From the IMG/VR virus record IMGVR_UViG_3300032116_000148, positions 4,861 to 68,860 of that record: a DNA stretch of 64,000 bases, one strand, 5' to 3'. The notes below the pieces were generated by a model. The model saw only the letters and a program-made list of their open reading frames with translations, had not been told where the DNA came from and did no database searches. Both the position numbers and the translations under genes were made by a program. Numbering within the stretch: the first letter of the stretch is position 1; every line of letters starts with the position of its first letter. The DNA comes from a virus. Shown one piece after another: positions 25,848 to 33,891 of the stretch.

Positions 25848-25878
25848 AGGGTACTGGAGCCGTTGGTGAAAAAGACTC

Positions 25879-26511
25879 TTAGAGCGCAGAGCTGCTAAGA
25901 AGTCTAGAGATCCAGTAAGCATCTACAAGATCGTCTATCGGCTTCGGTATCTCTCCCTGAGCAAGATCTCGCCTCTCAGCACACCACTTCCAAAATTCAG
26001 AACCCGCTAGCAGCGGATCCTCCGAACGGTTCTCGACGAAAGCTGAGAACATTCCCTGCTTGTTCAAGTTCCCTTTCCCTGCTCGAGTCTTTACCTGTGA
26101 GGGCGTGTAGACAGTGACACTGTGACCCTCTAACCAAAGTCTGTTTCTGAGAACTGAGTTGAATGCGATGAGATCGATGAAAGAGTTCCCTTTAGATCCG
26201 TAGCTGTAGCCTTCAAGCCCGACCGGAGCTCCTTCTGGAATCTGAGACTCAATGAGGACTGCGAGAGAGTGGCCATCTTCAATCTTCTGAGCCTGATCGA
26301 TAGAATAGTTATCGTGCTTCTTCCTCCGCTTGAATTTATGGACTGAGACTCCTGAGAGAGCTGAGATCTCGTGGTGAACTAGGAAGTCTCTAGGGTTTCC
26401 CTTCTTGAAGTTCTTGCCCTCTTCATTGTAGAAAGCTACAAATTGTAAAGAGTCCGACTCTCTGAGACAGATAGCCGGACTGTTAATTGAAAAATCTATG
26501 CCTATGTGCAA
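25879..26511 (-). CDS. RuvC-like Holliday junction resolvase
   Basis: IGIDFSINSP, LEGYSYGS, TPSQVK...GKGN..K, PIDDLVDAY. Confidence 0.8.
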   Translation of the reverse strand: MHIGIDFSINSPAICLRESDSLQFVAFYNEEGKNFKKGNPRDFLVHHEISALSGVSVHKFKRRKKHDNYSIDQAQKIEDGHSLAVLIESQIPEGAPVGLEGYSYGSKGNSFIDLIAFNSVLRNRLWLEGHSVTVYTPSQVKTRAGKGNLNKQGMFSAFVENRSEDPLLAGSEFWKWCAERRDLAQGEIPKPIDDLVDAYWISRLLSSSAL

Positions 26512-26532
26512 AATATAGAGTGTTAAAGGTGA

Positions 26533-27660
26533 TTAAGATTCTTGTGCAATCATTGCGTGTGTAATGTTAACTGAGATCCATCCTGCTTTATTGAAGAATT
26601 CTTTTGCGATCTTTTTGACCTTTTCAGCTTCTCCCATTGATATTGGATCTTCTCCTCTATCGTTCCAGTCTTTTACGGCTTCTTTGAAAGTGGCCTCAAA
26701 ATCTTTTGACTTGATAGCAAATTCAGGATCGCTCTGTCCAGAAGTATCTGTGTTATAATCTGTCCAGTATTTGACGTCGATAGCTTCGTTCTGCTGGAAC
26801 GGGTGTTTTTCTATTTTTTGGAGATCTGCAACCACTCCGCTGTTGTCTTTGAGGATTTTGGCTATGATGTCAGCAATCTCCTCGTAGGTATCTCCGCCAA
26901 TAGCGTCAGATTTTTTGTATGCTGGGTTTGTCGGCTTTCCTATTTCCAGAGTTACGCCTACAGATTTCTGAACAATGTGTAGTCCGATGTATGGATTAAG
27001 ATCGGCCGAGAGCATGACATCATGCTCAGGGTTGAACTGAAGTCCGATTTTGTTCTTCATCAGAGATGAATTGAGGGCTGGAAGCAGCATCTTCATGTCA
27101 AAGCCTCTGAACGTATCCTTTTTTTGCCAAAATTTGCGAAGATTGAATTTTTGCGATAATTCAGCCAAGTTTGCTAAAGTTGAAAAAGGTGTTTTCTTGA
27201 TAAAGTCGTAAGCTTCATTCATAGAAGCTGAAGCGAGAAGTGAAGCAATTGCTTCTACGAGATCTTCAGTTTTTTTCTTTACCGGGATGACTTCCATGTC
27301 AACAAGCTTGTTCAGGACTTTGTGAGCAAGAATTCTTCCGCCTTTGATAGAAACTACGCCTTCGTTGAGTTCAGCTTCGTTAAATGCATAATAGCCAATA
27401 CCCGACGGAGAAATTATTTTTCCATCTTTGAATGCTTTTTCAACTTTATTTTTTAGCTCTTGCGCTTCTTTCTGTGATCCGGTTGTTAAATAACTCATAA
27501 CAAGCTCATCTCCGATAAAATAACCGATCTCTAAATTATAGGTAAGATGATTCTTATTATTGATTTTAATATCCTTTAACTTCAATGGCTCTGGAGCTCC
27601 ACTGGATGCTTCATTAGATTTCGATGAAGTAAAGTCTTCGAATAATTGAATGTGTTTCAT
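26533..27660 (-). CDS. Modular putative internal head polyprotein
   Basis: MKHIQLFEDF start; junctions SNEA, FNEA-ELNEG, MNEA, QNEA. Confidence 0.55.
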   Translation of the reverse strand: MKHIQLFEDFTSSKSNEASSGAPEPLKLKDIKINNKNHLTYNLEIGYFIGDELVMSYLTTGSQKEAQELKNKVEKAFKDGKIISPSGIGYYAFNEAELNEGVVSIKGGRILAHKVLNKLVDMEVIPVKKKTEDLVEAIASLLASASMNEAYDFIKKTPFSTLANLAELSQKFNLRKFWQKKDTFRGFDMKMLLPALNSSLMKNKIGLQFNPEHDVMLSADLNPYIGLHIVQKSVGVTLEIGKPTNPAYKKSDAIGGDTYEEIADIIAKILKDNSGVVADLQKIEKHPFQQNEAIDVKYWTDYNTDTSGQSDPEFAIKSKDFEATFKEAVKDWNDRGEDPISMGEAEKVKKIAKEFFNKAGWISVNITHAMIAQES

Positions 27661-27661
27661 T

Positions 27662-28327
27662 TTATTTCTTCTTTGTTGCTCCTACTGGAATTGGTGTGCC
27701 TACTGGATAAGGAGATCCCTCCTTAGCGGCAGTTACTGATGTTTCTCCGTTCTTTACCGGAATTGCAATGCGTAAAGGTACTGCATCTTCATTTAGAGGA
27801 CCGTATACTTTAGCAAGAACAATGCCTGTCGAAGTTGTATCAAAAATGACACCTGGCATCGCAAACATGTTGCTTTCGCTCGTTTCAGGTTTGCTCATGT
27901 CAATGATGAAAGATCGATTTACTGGGTGCATCATTTCCCATTCTTTAGATTCAGGATTGAATTGAGGAATGAGAGTAGTTGAATCATAGTACCAGAAGAA
28001 AGACCAGACTGTCTTGTCTGTTCCATCAGGAGTCTGGAAGTTGTCTTCCACGTTGAAATCTCCCCATGTTCCACCACTGCCGTTCATTGCTAAGTTTGCA
28101 ATAGAAGGGCCGTCAAGAACAGGACAGATGGCGCAGCCTTCTTGGAATTCTTTCCCTTGTACGATGATTGTTTTACCAGTCGGTACTGCTGCAGATGCTC
28201 CACAAAATGCAAATTTGCCTTCGTGAATTCTGAGTACGCTTTTTTCAGGAGCTTGTACCGTTGTAGATTCAGTGTTGCAGCTGGCCAGTAATAGAGCAGC
28301 TGCTAATGTAAATAGTATTTGCTTCAT
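27662..28327 (-). CDS. Predicted lipoprotein of unknown function
   Basis: Signal peptide with lipobox LLAS-C; further Cys in FAFCG and GCAICP. Confidence 0.75.
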   Translation of the reverse strand: MKQILFTLAAALLLASCNTESTTVQAPEKSVLRIHEGKFAFCGASAAVPTGKTIIVQGKEFQEGCAICPVLDGPSIANLAMNGSGGTWGDFNVEDNFQTPDGTDKTVWSFFWYYDSTTLIPQFNPESKEWEMMHPVNRSFIIDMSKPETSESNMFAMPGVIFDTTSTGIVLAKVYGPLNEDAVPLRIAIPVKNGETSVTAAKEGSPYPVGTPIPVGATKKK

Positions 28328-28336
28328 ATATGTGAT

Positions 28337-28549
28337 TTAGAATGTGCTGTCCATGATGATTTTCTGCACATCATCAATTAAGATATTTCTGACAAAAGGA
28401 TTCAGATACTTCTTTTTGACGAGATCATCTACGATGACCATAGCGAGTACTTTTGCGCCAGACGGTTTGTCGCGACCTGCAATTTGAACAGAAGCTTCAT
28501 CTAATTTAGGCTCATTAGAGAAGTCCTCGAGTGTTAAAATGTTTTTCAT
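28337..28549 (-). CDS. Small putative internal head protein
   Basis: MKNILTLEDFSNEPKLDEA start. Confidence 0.5.
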   Translation of the reverse strand: MKNILTLEDFSNEPKLDEASVQIAGRDKPSGAKVLAMVIVDDLVKKKYLNPFVRNILIDDVQKIIMDSTF

Positions 28550-28553
28550 AAAA

Positions 28554-28895
28554 TTAAATTCTTTTTCCTAAGTGAAATCCAATGGCTGCTCCGACTAATC
28601 GGCTGGTAAAGAGATCGAATAAAAGACCCTTTTCAACTCCTAATGCGTTCGCCACAATTTTGCCGACTCCCTGCCCTAGAGCAAATCCAGTTAGTCCACC
28701 GAGAATAGAACCGATGAAACCCTCGTTAGTGAGCTCTCGTTCTAATTGTTCTAAAGTATAACCTTCATCTTGGGCCTTCTTAATGAAAGCAGCTACTGCC
28801 TCGTCTATCGCGTTCTGATCGACAGATTCGTTCATCACAGCTTCCAAATCTTGAAAGTCTTCTTTTTCTCCAATGAATTCTTTGAATGTCTGCAT
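28554..28895 (-). CDS. Putative internal head protein with C-terminal glycine-zipper hydrophobic segment
   Basis: MQTFKEFIGE is close to the T4 CTS MKTYQEFIAE; NE then GFIGSILGGLTGFALGQGVG. Confidence 0.6.
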   Translation of the reverse strand: MQTFKEFIGEKEDFQDLEAVMNESVDQNAIDEAVAAFIKKAQDEGYTLEQLERELTNEGFIGSILGGLTGFALGQGVGKIVANALGVEKGLLFDLFTSRLVGAAIGFHLGKRI

Positions 28896-28900
28896 AATGT

Positions 28901-28908
28901 CTATATAT
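28901..28908 (-). promoter_or_regulatory. Late-type promoter motif
   Basis: ATATATAG, 5 nt before the ATG at 28895. Confidence 0.6.
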
Positions 28909-29463
28909 TTACTGAAATTCTAGGTTGACTCTGAGATTGTTGTAGACGAAAGTGACCTCAAATGTCTTGAACTCTGGTGAGTTAGTTGAGAAGTTCAGGT
29001 TGAGATCAGGTATGCTCTGAAAGAGGACCCTGTCAAGGAAGATGGTGACGAGTATGTTGCCTTCACCGTCTATCATCTGAAGCCTGAATCCGTCTGGCAG
29101 ATAAGGTCTCTTTTCTTTGAAGTCATAATAGTATTGGAAGATCTCGTACATCATCCAGTAATTGAAGTGTCCGTCAAAAAGCTGCATACCGACTGTGAGC
29201 TCTTTGGCGAAGAGTTCAGTAACCGGTAAAGAACTTCTGTATTGTCTCTTAGTTCCTGGAAAATCGACCTGTTCAACCGGATCAAAAGAAAAGCTGGGAA
29301 TAGTCACAGACTGAACTGAATAGTTCAGGAGCTCTATCGGTTCGCTGATGATGTTTCCAGGAATGCGGTTCATGTATCGAGAGTACTTGGCCGCGATCTC
29401 CGCTGGAACGAAAGACTTCGGAAAATTGAATCTGAATTGATTGCTCTTAGCTGTCTGTAACAT
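28909..29463 (-). CDS. Tail tube-fold protein (tube/terminator-like)
   Basis: NQFRFNF, VQSVTIPSFS, ELTVGM, IPDLNLNFS, FKTFEVTFVY follow the gp19/gp3 tube-fold pattern. Confidence 0.65.
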   Translation of the reverse strand: MLQTAKSNQFRFNFPKSFVPAEIAAKYSRYMNRIPGNIISEPIELLNYSVQSVTIPSFSFDPVEQVDFPGTKRQYRSSLPVTELFAKELTVGMQLFDGHFNYWMMYEIFQYYYDFKEKRPYLPDGFRLQMIDGEGNILVTIFLDRVLFQSIPDLNLNFSTNSPEFKTFEVTFVYNNLRVNLEFQ

Positions 29464-30191
29464 TATGCTTCAATTATTCTTCTAACAAATCCTCTTCGTC
29501 TTCTAGCCGCAGCCTCAGATGCTGGAACTCCTTCCACCGGAGTCGGAACTACTACATTCGCCTTTTTCTCCATTTCCATGACGTCTTTTGGTGCACTTTC
29601 GCCTGGAGGAATGAGACCTTCTTTCGTTAATCCGCTAGTCTTCAAAGATGAGAGCTTAGCTAAATTAGCGTTCAGAGTCGTTTCAAGAGAGACTTTCTCG
29701 GCTTCTTTTGAATTCACTGCAGATGCGAGAGACTCGATCTCGGCCAAAAGAGAAGCTCTTTCAGTTTCTAGAGATGCTATTTTAGAAGTGTTAGCCTGTA
29801 CCGTTTGATTGATGCCTATTGATAGAGCATTGTAATCGTTCTCTGCGCTCTTTTCAAATAGATCCCAAGTTCCAGTAAAGATGACAGTTTCGTCAGATGT
29901 TCCGTCAGGATAATCTCTGATCACTGAGATCAAAAAATTCTTCGTCTTTATCTTTCTAGCCTGTTGAGCATCGTAAGAAAGAACTATGAAATTGACTTCT
30001 CCTTGTTGAGCACTAGTCTGTCCGAAAAGCGGAGAAGACTTTACTCTCACTGCGTAAGTATCAGAATCTTTGAAAGTGAGGTATGCTTCTCTGTACACTG
30101 ACAGATCAGTAGCAACTCTCACTCCATTGAGCTGAGACTCTATGGTAAAGAGAAAGAAATTATCAAAAGGGCTCAATAATATGTCTATCAT
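29463..30191 (-). CDS. Putative virion protein, beta domain plus coiled coil; paralog of the next gene
   Basis: Shares FD..F..DL....YLTF.D...G...F...ETV...G.W with 30193..31536. Confidence 0.5.
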   Translation of the reverse strand: MIDILLSPFDNFFLFTIESQLNGVRVATDLSVYREAYLTFKDSDTYAVRVKSSPLFGQTSAQQGEVNFIVLSYDAQQARKIKTKNFLISVIRDYPDGTSDETVIFTGTWDLFEKSAENDYNALSIGINQTVQANTSKIASLETERASLLAEIESLASAVNSKEAEKVSLETTLNANLAKLSSLKTSGLTKEGLIPPGESAPKDVMEMEKKANVVVPTPVEGVPASEAAARRRRGFVRRIIEA

Positions 30192-30192
30192 C

Positions 30193-31536
30193 TTAAAGCT
30201 CTACTTCTCCGATTAGATCGGTTATTTTTGTTTGTGGATCTACGTCTCTAGCGTAGACCACATATTTGTAATAGTAATTGTCGCCTCCGCCTAGGTAATA
30301 AGCTGTTGCACTTTGGTTGGACGAAGAGTATTCGACAGGTGGTTCTTTCACCGGATCAGTTCCGATCATGATCTTAAACTGTTCCTTGGCATCAAATTGA
30401 TCCAATCTCTTATCAACGAGAACCATTAGATTTGCCTTTCCTGGTGCAGGCCGGCCGCCTTCACTGTCTTTGATAGTGAACCAAGAATCATCTATGTAGC
30501 TAGCAGACTTCGTCGTTCCAAAAGCCAGCTTTGCAGTTTTTGCATCAGCGTAGATCCAAGCAAACTTTCTTACCGTTACTTTCTCTTTAGTATCCTCAAG
30601 CTCCAGAGTGTAGTTGACTTGATATTTCTTCTTAGCAGCTGCAGCTGCTAGACCTGCGATAGGATTAAGAACAAAGGCAATTGCTCCGATAGGATTTTTA
30701 AAGAATGATCCGACTTTCTTGAAGAAAGGGACTTTCTGTTTAGACTCAACGATCTTGGCTTTTCTCCTCTTCATCTTCTTAGCCTGCTGTTCTTCTTGAG
30801 CCTTCTGCTGTTCTGCCGCGGCTTCAGCTGTAGCCTCAGCCTCGACGGCTTGAGCTTCTTTCTCCTTCTCGATCTTAGACTCAATCTGAGTAATCTCTTC
30901 GCTGGCTAAGCCTATTTGATTTTTTAGATCTGCTATGATGACGTCTAACTGAACAGATCTTGCTGTTAGATTAGCTTTTCTCTTTTTGAGTTCGTCCACT
31001 TCTTTTTGCAACAGATCCACCTGCGTTTGAGAAGATTCTGCACTAGCTCTGAGTATCTGAAGCCTCTGAGAATATGTTACTCTTTCAGGTTCATTAGATT
31101 TCTGCCAAACTCCAGCATATAAAACCGTTTCGTTCACCACTGCTGCTCCGACAGAGACTGCAGTAGATACGAAGAAGTATCTGTTAGTGAGTTGAAATAT
31201 GGCCGAGCTCTGATCTTTGGTGATCTTAAAAACTGCTTGACCGACAGCTTTATTGATATTAGCTACGTCTTGCAAAGAAGGAACTTTCACCTGTCTTTGA
31301 TCGTCAATGAAAGTGAGATAGACTTGGCCGGCTCCTGTGAGATCAGTTTCTTCTAGAGAATTATCAGGAAGCCTTTGTGAAAAATCGAACATTACATAGC
31401 TGTCGAAATCAGGTATCACCAGAGTTCCGTCTCCAGGTAAAAATTCCGAAGTGTTAGGCGTCGTCGGTTGGACCAAGAAAGTGTAAGCCTTGTTGGTAGT
31501 TACTGTTAAACTGTCTGTCCTAATTGTGTTAGCCAC
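30193..31536 (-). CDS. Putative virion protein, beta domain plus long coiled coil and hydrophobic segment
   Basis: Paralogous domain, heptad-rich middle, NPIGAIAFVLNPIAGLAAAAA. Confidence 0.5.
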   Translation of the reverse strand: MANTIRTDSLTVTTNKAYTFLVQPTTPNTSEFLPGDGTLVIPDFDSYVMFDFSQRLPDNSLEETDLTGAGQVYLTFIDDQRQVKVPSLQDVANINKAVGQAVFKITKDQSSAIFQLTNRYFFVSTAVSVGAAVVNETVLYAGVWQKSNEPERVTYSQRLQILRASAESSQTQVDLLQKEVDELKKRKANLTARSVQLDVIIADLKNQIGLASEEITQIESKIEKEKEAQAVEAEATAEAAAEQQKAQEEQQAKKMKRRKAKIVESKQKVPFFKKVGSFFKNPIGAIAFVLNPIAGLAAAAAKKKYQVNYTLELEDTKEKVTVRKFAWIYADAKTAKLAFGTTKSASYIDDSWFTIKDSEGGRPAPGKANLMVLVDKRLDQFDAKEQFKIMIGTDPVKEPPVEYSSSNQSATAYYLGGGDNYYYKYVVYARDVDPQTKITDLIGEVEL

Positions 31537-32905
31537 CTATGTTCTCATTTACTGTTAGTGTCACCGGTGAGATTCTAGCGAGGACCGTCGATCTGTCTCT
31601 ATAGACAGTGTTGATCACCACTTGCGTCTGAACCGGAGAATTGGCCACCTGGCCGGTCGTATTTTGTTGGACGTTGACAGTGTCACCTCCGATTATTATC
31701 TGAGTCTTACTGTCATCCACTACTTTATTGTATACTTTAACGACTTCAGGAACTTTTCCGAGATAGATCTTAGATAGTTTTCTACCATAGACTCCTACGT
31801 CCCTAGAAGTTATTGTTGCGTTTCTGATGATCTGTTCTTGAGAATCTCTGTTTACTATTCTCAAGATATAATCGATAGTGAAACTGACTGCCACTGATGA
31901 GTTCATCACTACAGGTCTGTAGATCGTAGGCAGATCATAGTCGTCTGTCTGCGTGATCATCTGTGAAGCAGTGGTTACGAATCTCGTTCCTATCTGCTCT
32001 TTCAAATCTATCTGGTGGATCGCGATCCAATTTCCATTAGGTTGAGCATTAAGGCTTGCCATGAAATTTGCGAAGATCTGACCATTATATTCTCCGTAGA
32101 GTTCAAAATAATCTCCTGATGAAGATTGTTCTATCACTGCTACTAAGAGATTAAAAGGATCTGTCTGAGGCAGAGCCACAGTATTTAGAGTTCTAGTGTC
32201 ATAGACAGGGAAGCCTTGCTCTTTGACAGTTTTGTAGATACCAAATGCTGTTATATTGATCGTTGAAGTCTTGATGAAGCCTTTTCCTTGAGTCAATCTG
32301 TAGCCTAGCCCATTGGTGTTGCTAGGTGCTGCGTAAAATCCGTCTATCAGATATTTGAGAGCAGGTATCTTGATCTCGATGTAAGTAGAATAGAGTCTTT
32401 CGCCAATCATGAAAGGGCGAGGATTTAATGTCGGAGTATCGCTCTTGAGATAAACTCTAGACATGAGAAAAGAATTTACAGAATCTCTTCTCTGATATCC
32501 TATCTGAAAGATCAATCCGTCGTAATTGTCAAAATTGAACCCTGCCGCAAAATGGACTTTGATGGAGTCGTAGATTACGCTTACTTGCGGAACGAATGTC
32601 TGTAGAACTTGGCTGTTTGGAGTGAGCTCAGGATCTATGTCATTGTAAGAAATGCTTCTAGACGTTGTCAGTGAAGCAAACGTTGAATAGTTAGCATCAA
32701 TAGGAACAGCTGAAACACTTCTGGTGTTTTCAGTCACAGCCGAATAAGTAGGTGGATTGAACAGAAAAGTGTTGTCAGTGTAACCGTCTGACATGATCTC
32801 TATCGGAAGAGTCCCTGTGGAATAAGTTAGCGGATCTGCTGGATCTGCATAGACATATTCAACCAGAGCGCCATCGTAGATCGGTATGAATCTTGAGCTT
32901 GTCAT
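31529..32905 (-). CDS. Putative virion structural protein
   Basis: 458-aa beta-rich ORF in the tail region. Confidence 0.5.
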   Translation of the reverse strand: MTSSRFIPIYDGALVEYVYADPADPLTYSTGTLPIEIMSDGYTDNTFLFNPPTYSAVTENTRSVSAVPIDANYSTFASLTTSRSISYNDIDPELTPNSQVLQTFVPQVSVIYDSIKVHFAAGFNFDNYDGLIFQIGYQRRDSVNSFLMSRVYLKSDTPTLNPRPFMIGERLYSTYIEIKIPALKYLIDGFYAAPSNTNGLGYRLTQGKGFIKTSTINITAFGIYKTVKEQGFPVYDTRTLNTVALPQTDPFNLLVAVIEQSSSGDYFELYGEYNGQIFANFMASLNAQPNGNWIAIHQIDLKEQIGTRFVTTASQMITQTDDYDLPTIYRPVVMNSSVAVSFTIDYILRIVNRDSQEQIIRNATITSRDVGVYGRKLSKIYLGKVPEVVKVYNKVVDDSKTQIIIGGDTVNVQQNTTGQVANSPVQTQVVINTVYRDRSTVLARISPVTLTVNENIGG

Positions 32906-32908
32906 GTT

Positions 32909-33328
32909 TTATCTTGAGATAAGAAGAAATCCAAGACCGAGCATAGCTCCGCCTGAAATGATCTTCGTGAATTTATTTTTGACTTTCTCTTTCCTTAAAG
33001 CTTTTTCCAAAGATTTAGAATAGTCTTCTTGGATTTTGAACTTCTCTCTTTCAGCATCAATGATCATCAGATAGTTGCTTTCCTTCTGTTTCATCGTGGT
33101 GATGATGCTGTCTTTTAAAGAGACTTTGAGTTCTGTCTCTTTCAATTGGACCTCGGTCAGTTCTAAAGTCTTAATAGCTTCATCGCCTCTCAACAAATCT
33201 TTGACGATCAGTTTGACTACAGGAATCGGAAAACACTTAACGGGGGTTTTCGTAGTATCCGTAGCGGACTGTGAAAAAGCTGTCAAGCTGATAATCATTA
33301 TAGCTATTAACAGAACTAATTTTTTCAT
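32909..33328 (-). CDS. Putative outer spanin-like partner (SPI signal, coiled coil, C-terminal hydrophobic anchor)
   Basis: Overlaps the upstream TM/coiled-coil gene by 92 bp; signal LTAFS-Q; C-end IISGGAMLGLGFLLISR. Confidence 0.5.
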   Translation of the reverse strand: MKKLVLLIAIMIISLTAFSQSATDTTKTPVKCFPIPVVKLIVKDLLRGDEAIKTLELTEVQLKETELKVSLKDSIITTMKQKESNYLMIIDAEREKFKIQEDYSKSLEKALRKEKVKNKFTKIISGGAMLGLGFLLISR

Positions 33329-33638
33329 GGTAGATCTCTTTAATTGTTGTCTTTTGAGATTTTATCTCGGTGATACGGGTATCGACTTGATTTATCTCTT
33401 CTCCGTATTCTTCTATTTTTACATCCAGCTCTTTTTGATTTTCTTCAATTGCTTCAATGTGAACATTCAAAGAGTCAATGGCTTGTTTAGATTCTGCGCT
33501 CATTTCGACTTTAGGCGTCAAAACAAAGACTATCCAATAGAGGACGAAAAGCCCGAGAGCTGCGTAACCTAAAAATTTGTAATTCTTCTTAACGAAGTCT
33601 AAGACTGCGCTAGAAGCTTGTTTTACTTTTTGTGTCAT
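33237..33638 (-). CDS. Putative inner spanin (Rz-like)
   Basis: Single N-terminal TM helix FLGYAALGLFVLYWIVFVL followed by a coiled coil. Confidence 0.6.
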   Translation of the reverse strand: MTQKVKQASSAVLDFVKKNYKFLGYAALGLFVLYWIVFVLTPKVEMSAESKQAIDSLNVHIEAIEENQKELDVKIEEYGEEINQVDTRITEIKSQKTTIKEIYHEKISSVNSYNDYQLDSFFTVRYGYYENPR

Positions 33639-33880
33639 ACTACTTCTTCTTTTAGGACTTCAAGAAGATAATCTGCATTGATCTTCTCTGTTCCGTAAAT
33701 GAGTCTTAGAGTGTTGATGAAAGCTTTTTCATCTTCTCTAGTCATCATCATTTCATTCTGTAAAAAATCTATCTCTTTTTTGATGTCTTCGATTCTCTTT
33801 TGTGCTGAATCGATTTTAACATAAAGGGAATTGTAAGCATATACAAAATCCCTCGCTTTTTTCTTTTCTTCTGATGTCAT
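33635..33880 (-). CDS. Small coiled-coil hypothetical protein
   Basis: 81-aa ORF, ATGA-coupled to the spanin-like gene. Confidence 0.6.
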   Translation of the reverse strand: MTSEEKKKARDFVYAYNSLYVKIDSAQKRIEDIKKEIDFLQNEMMMTREDEKAFINTLRLIYGTEKINADYLLEVLKEEVV

Positions 33881-33891
33881 GTAATTTTTAT

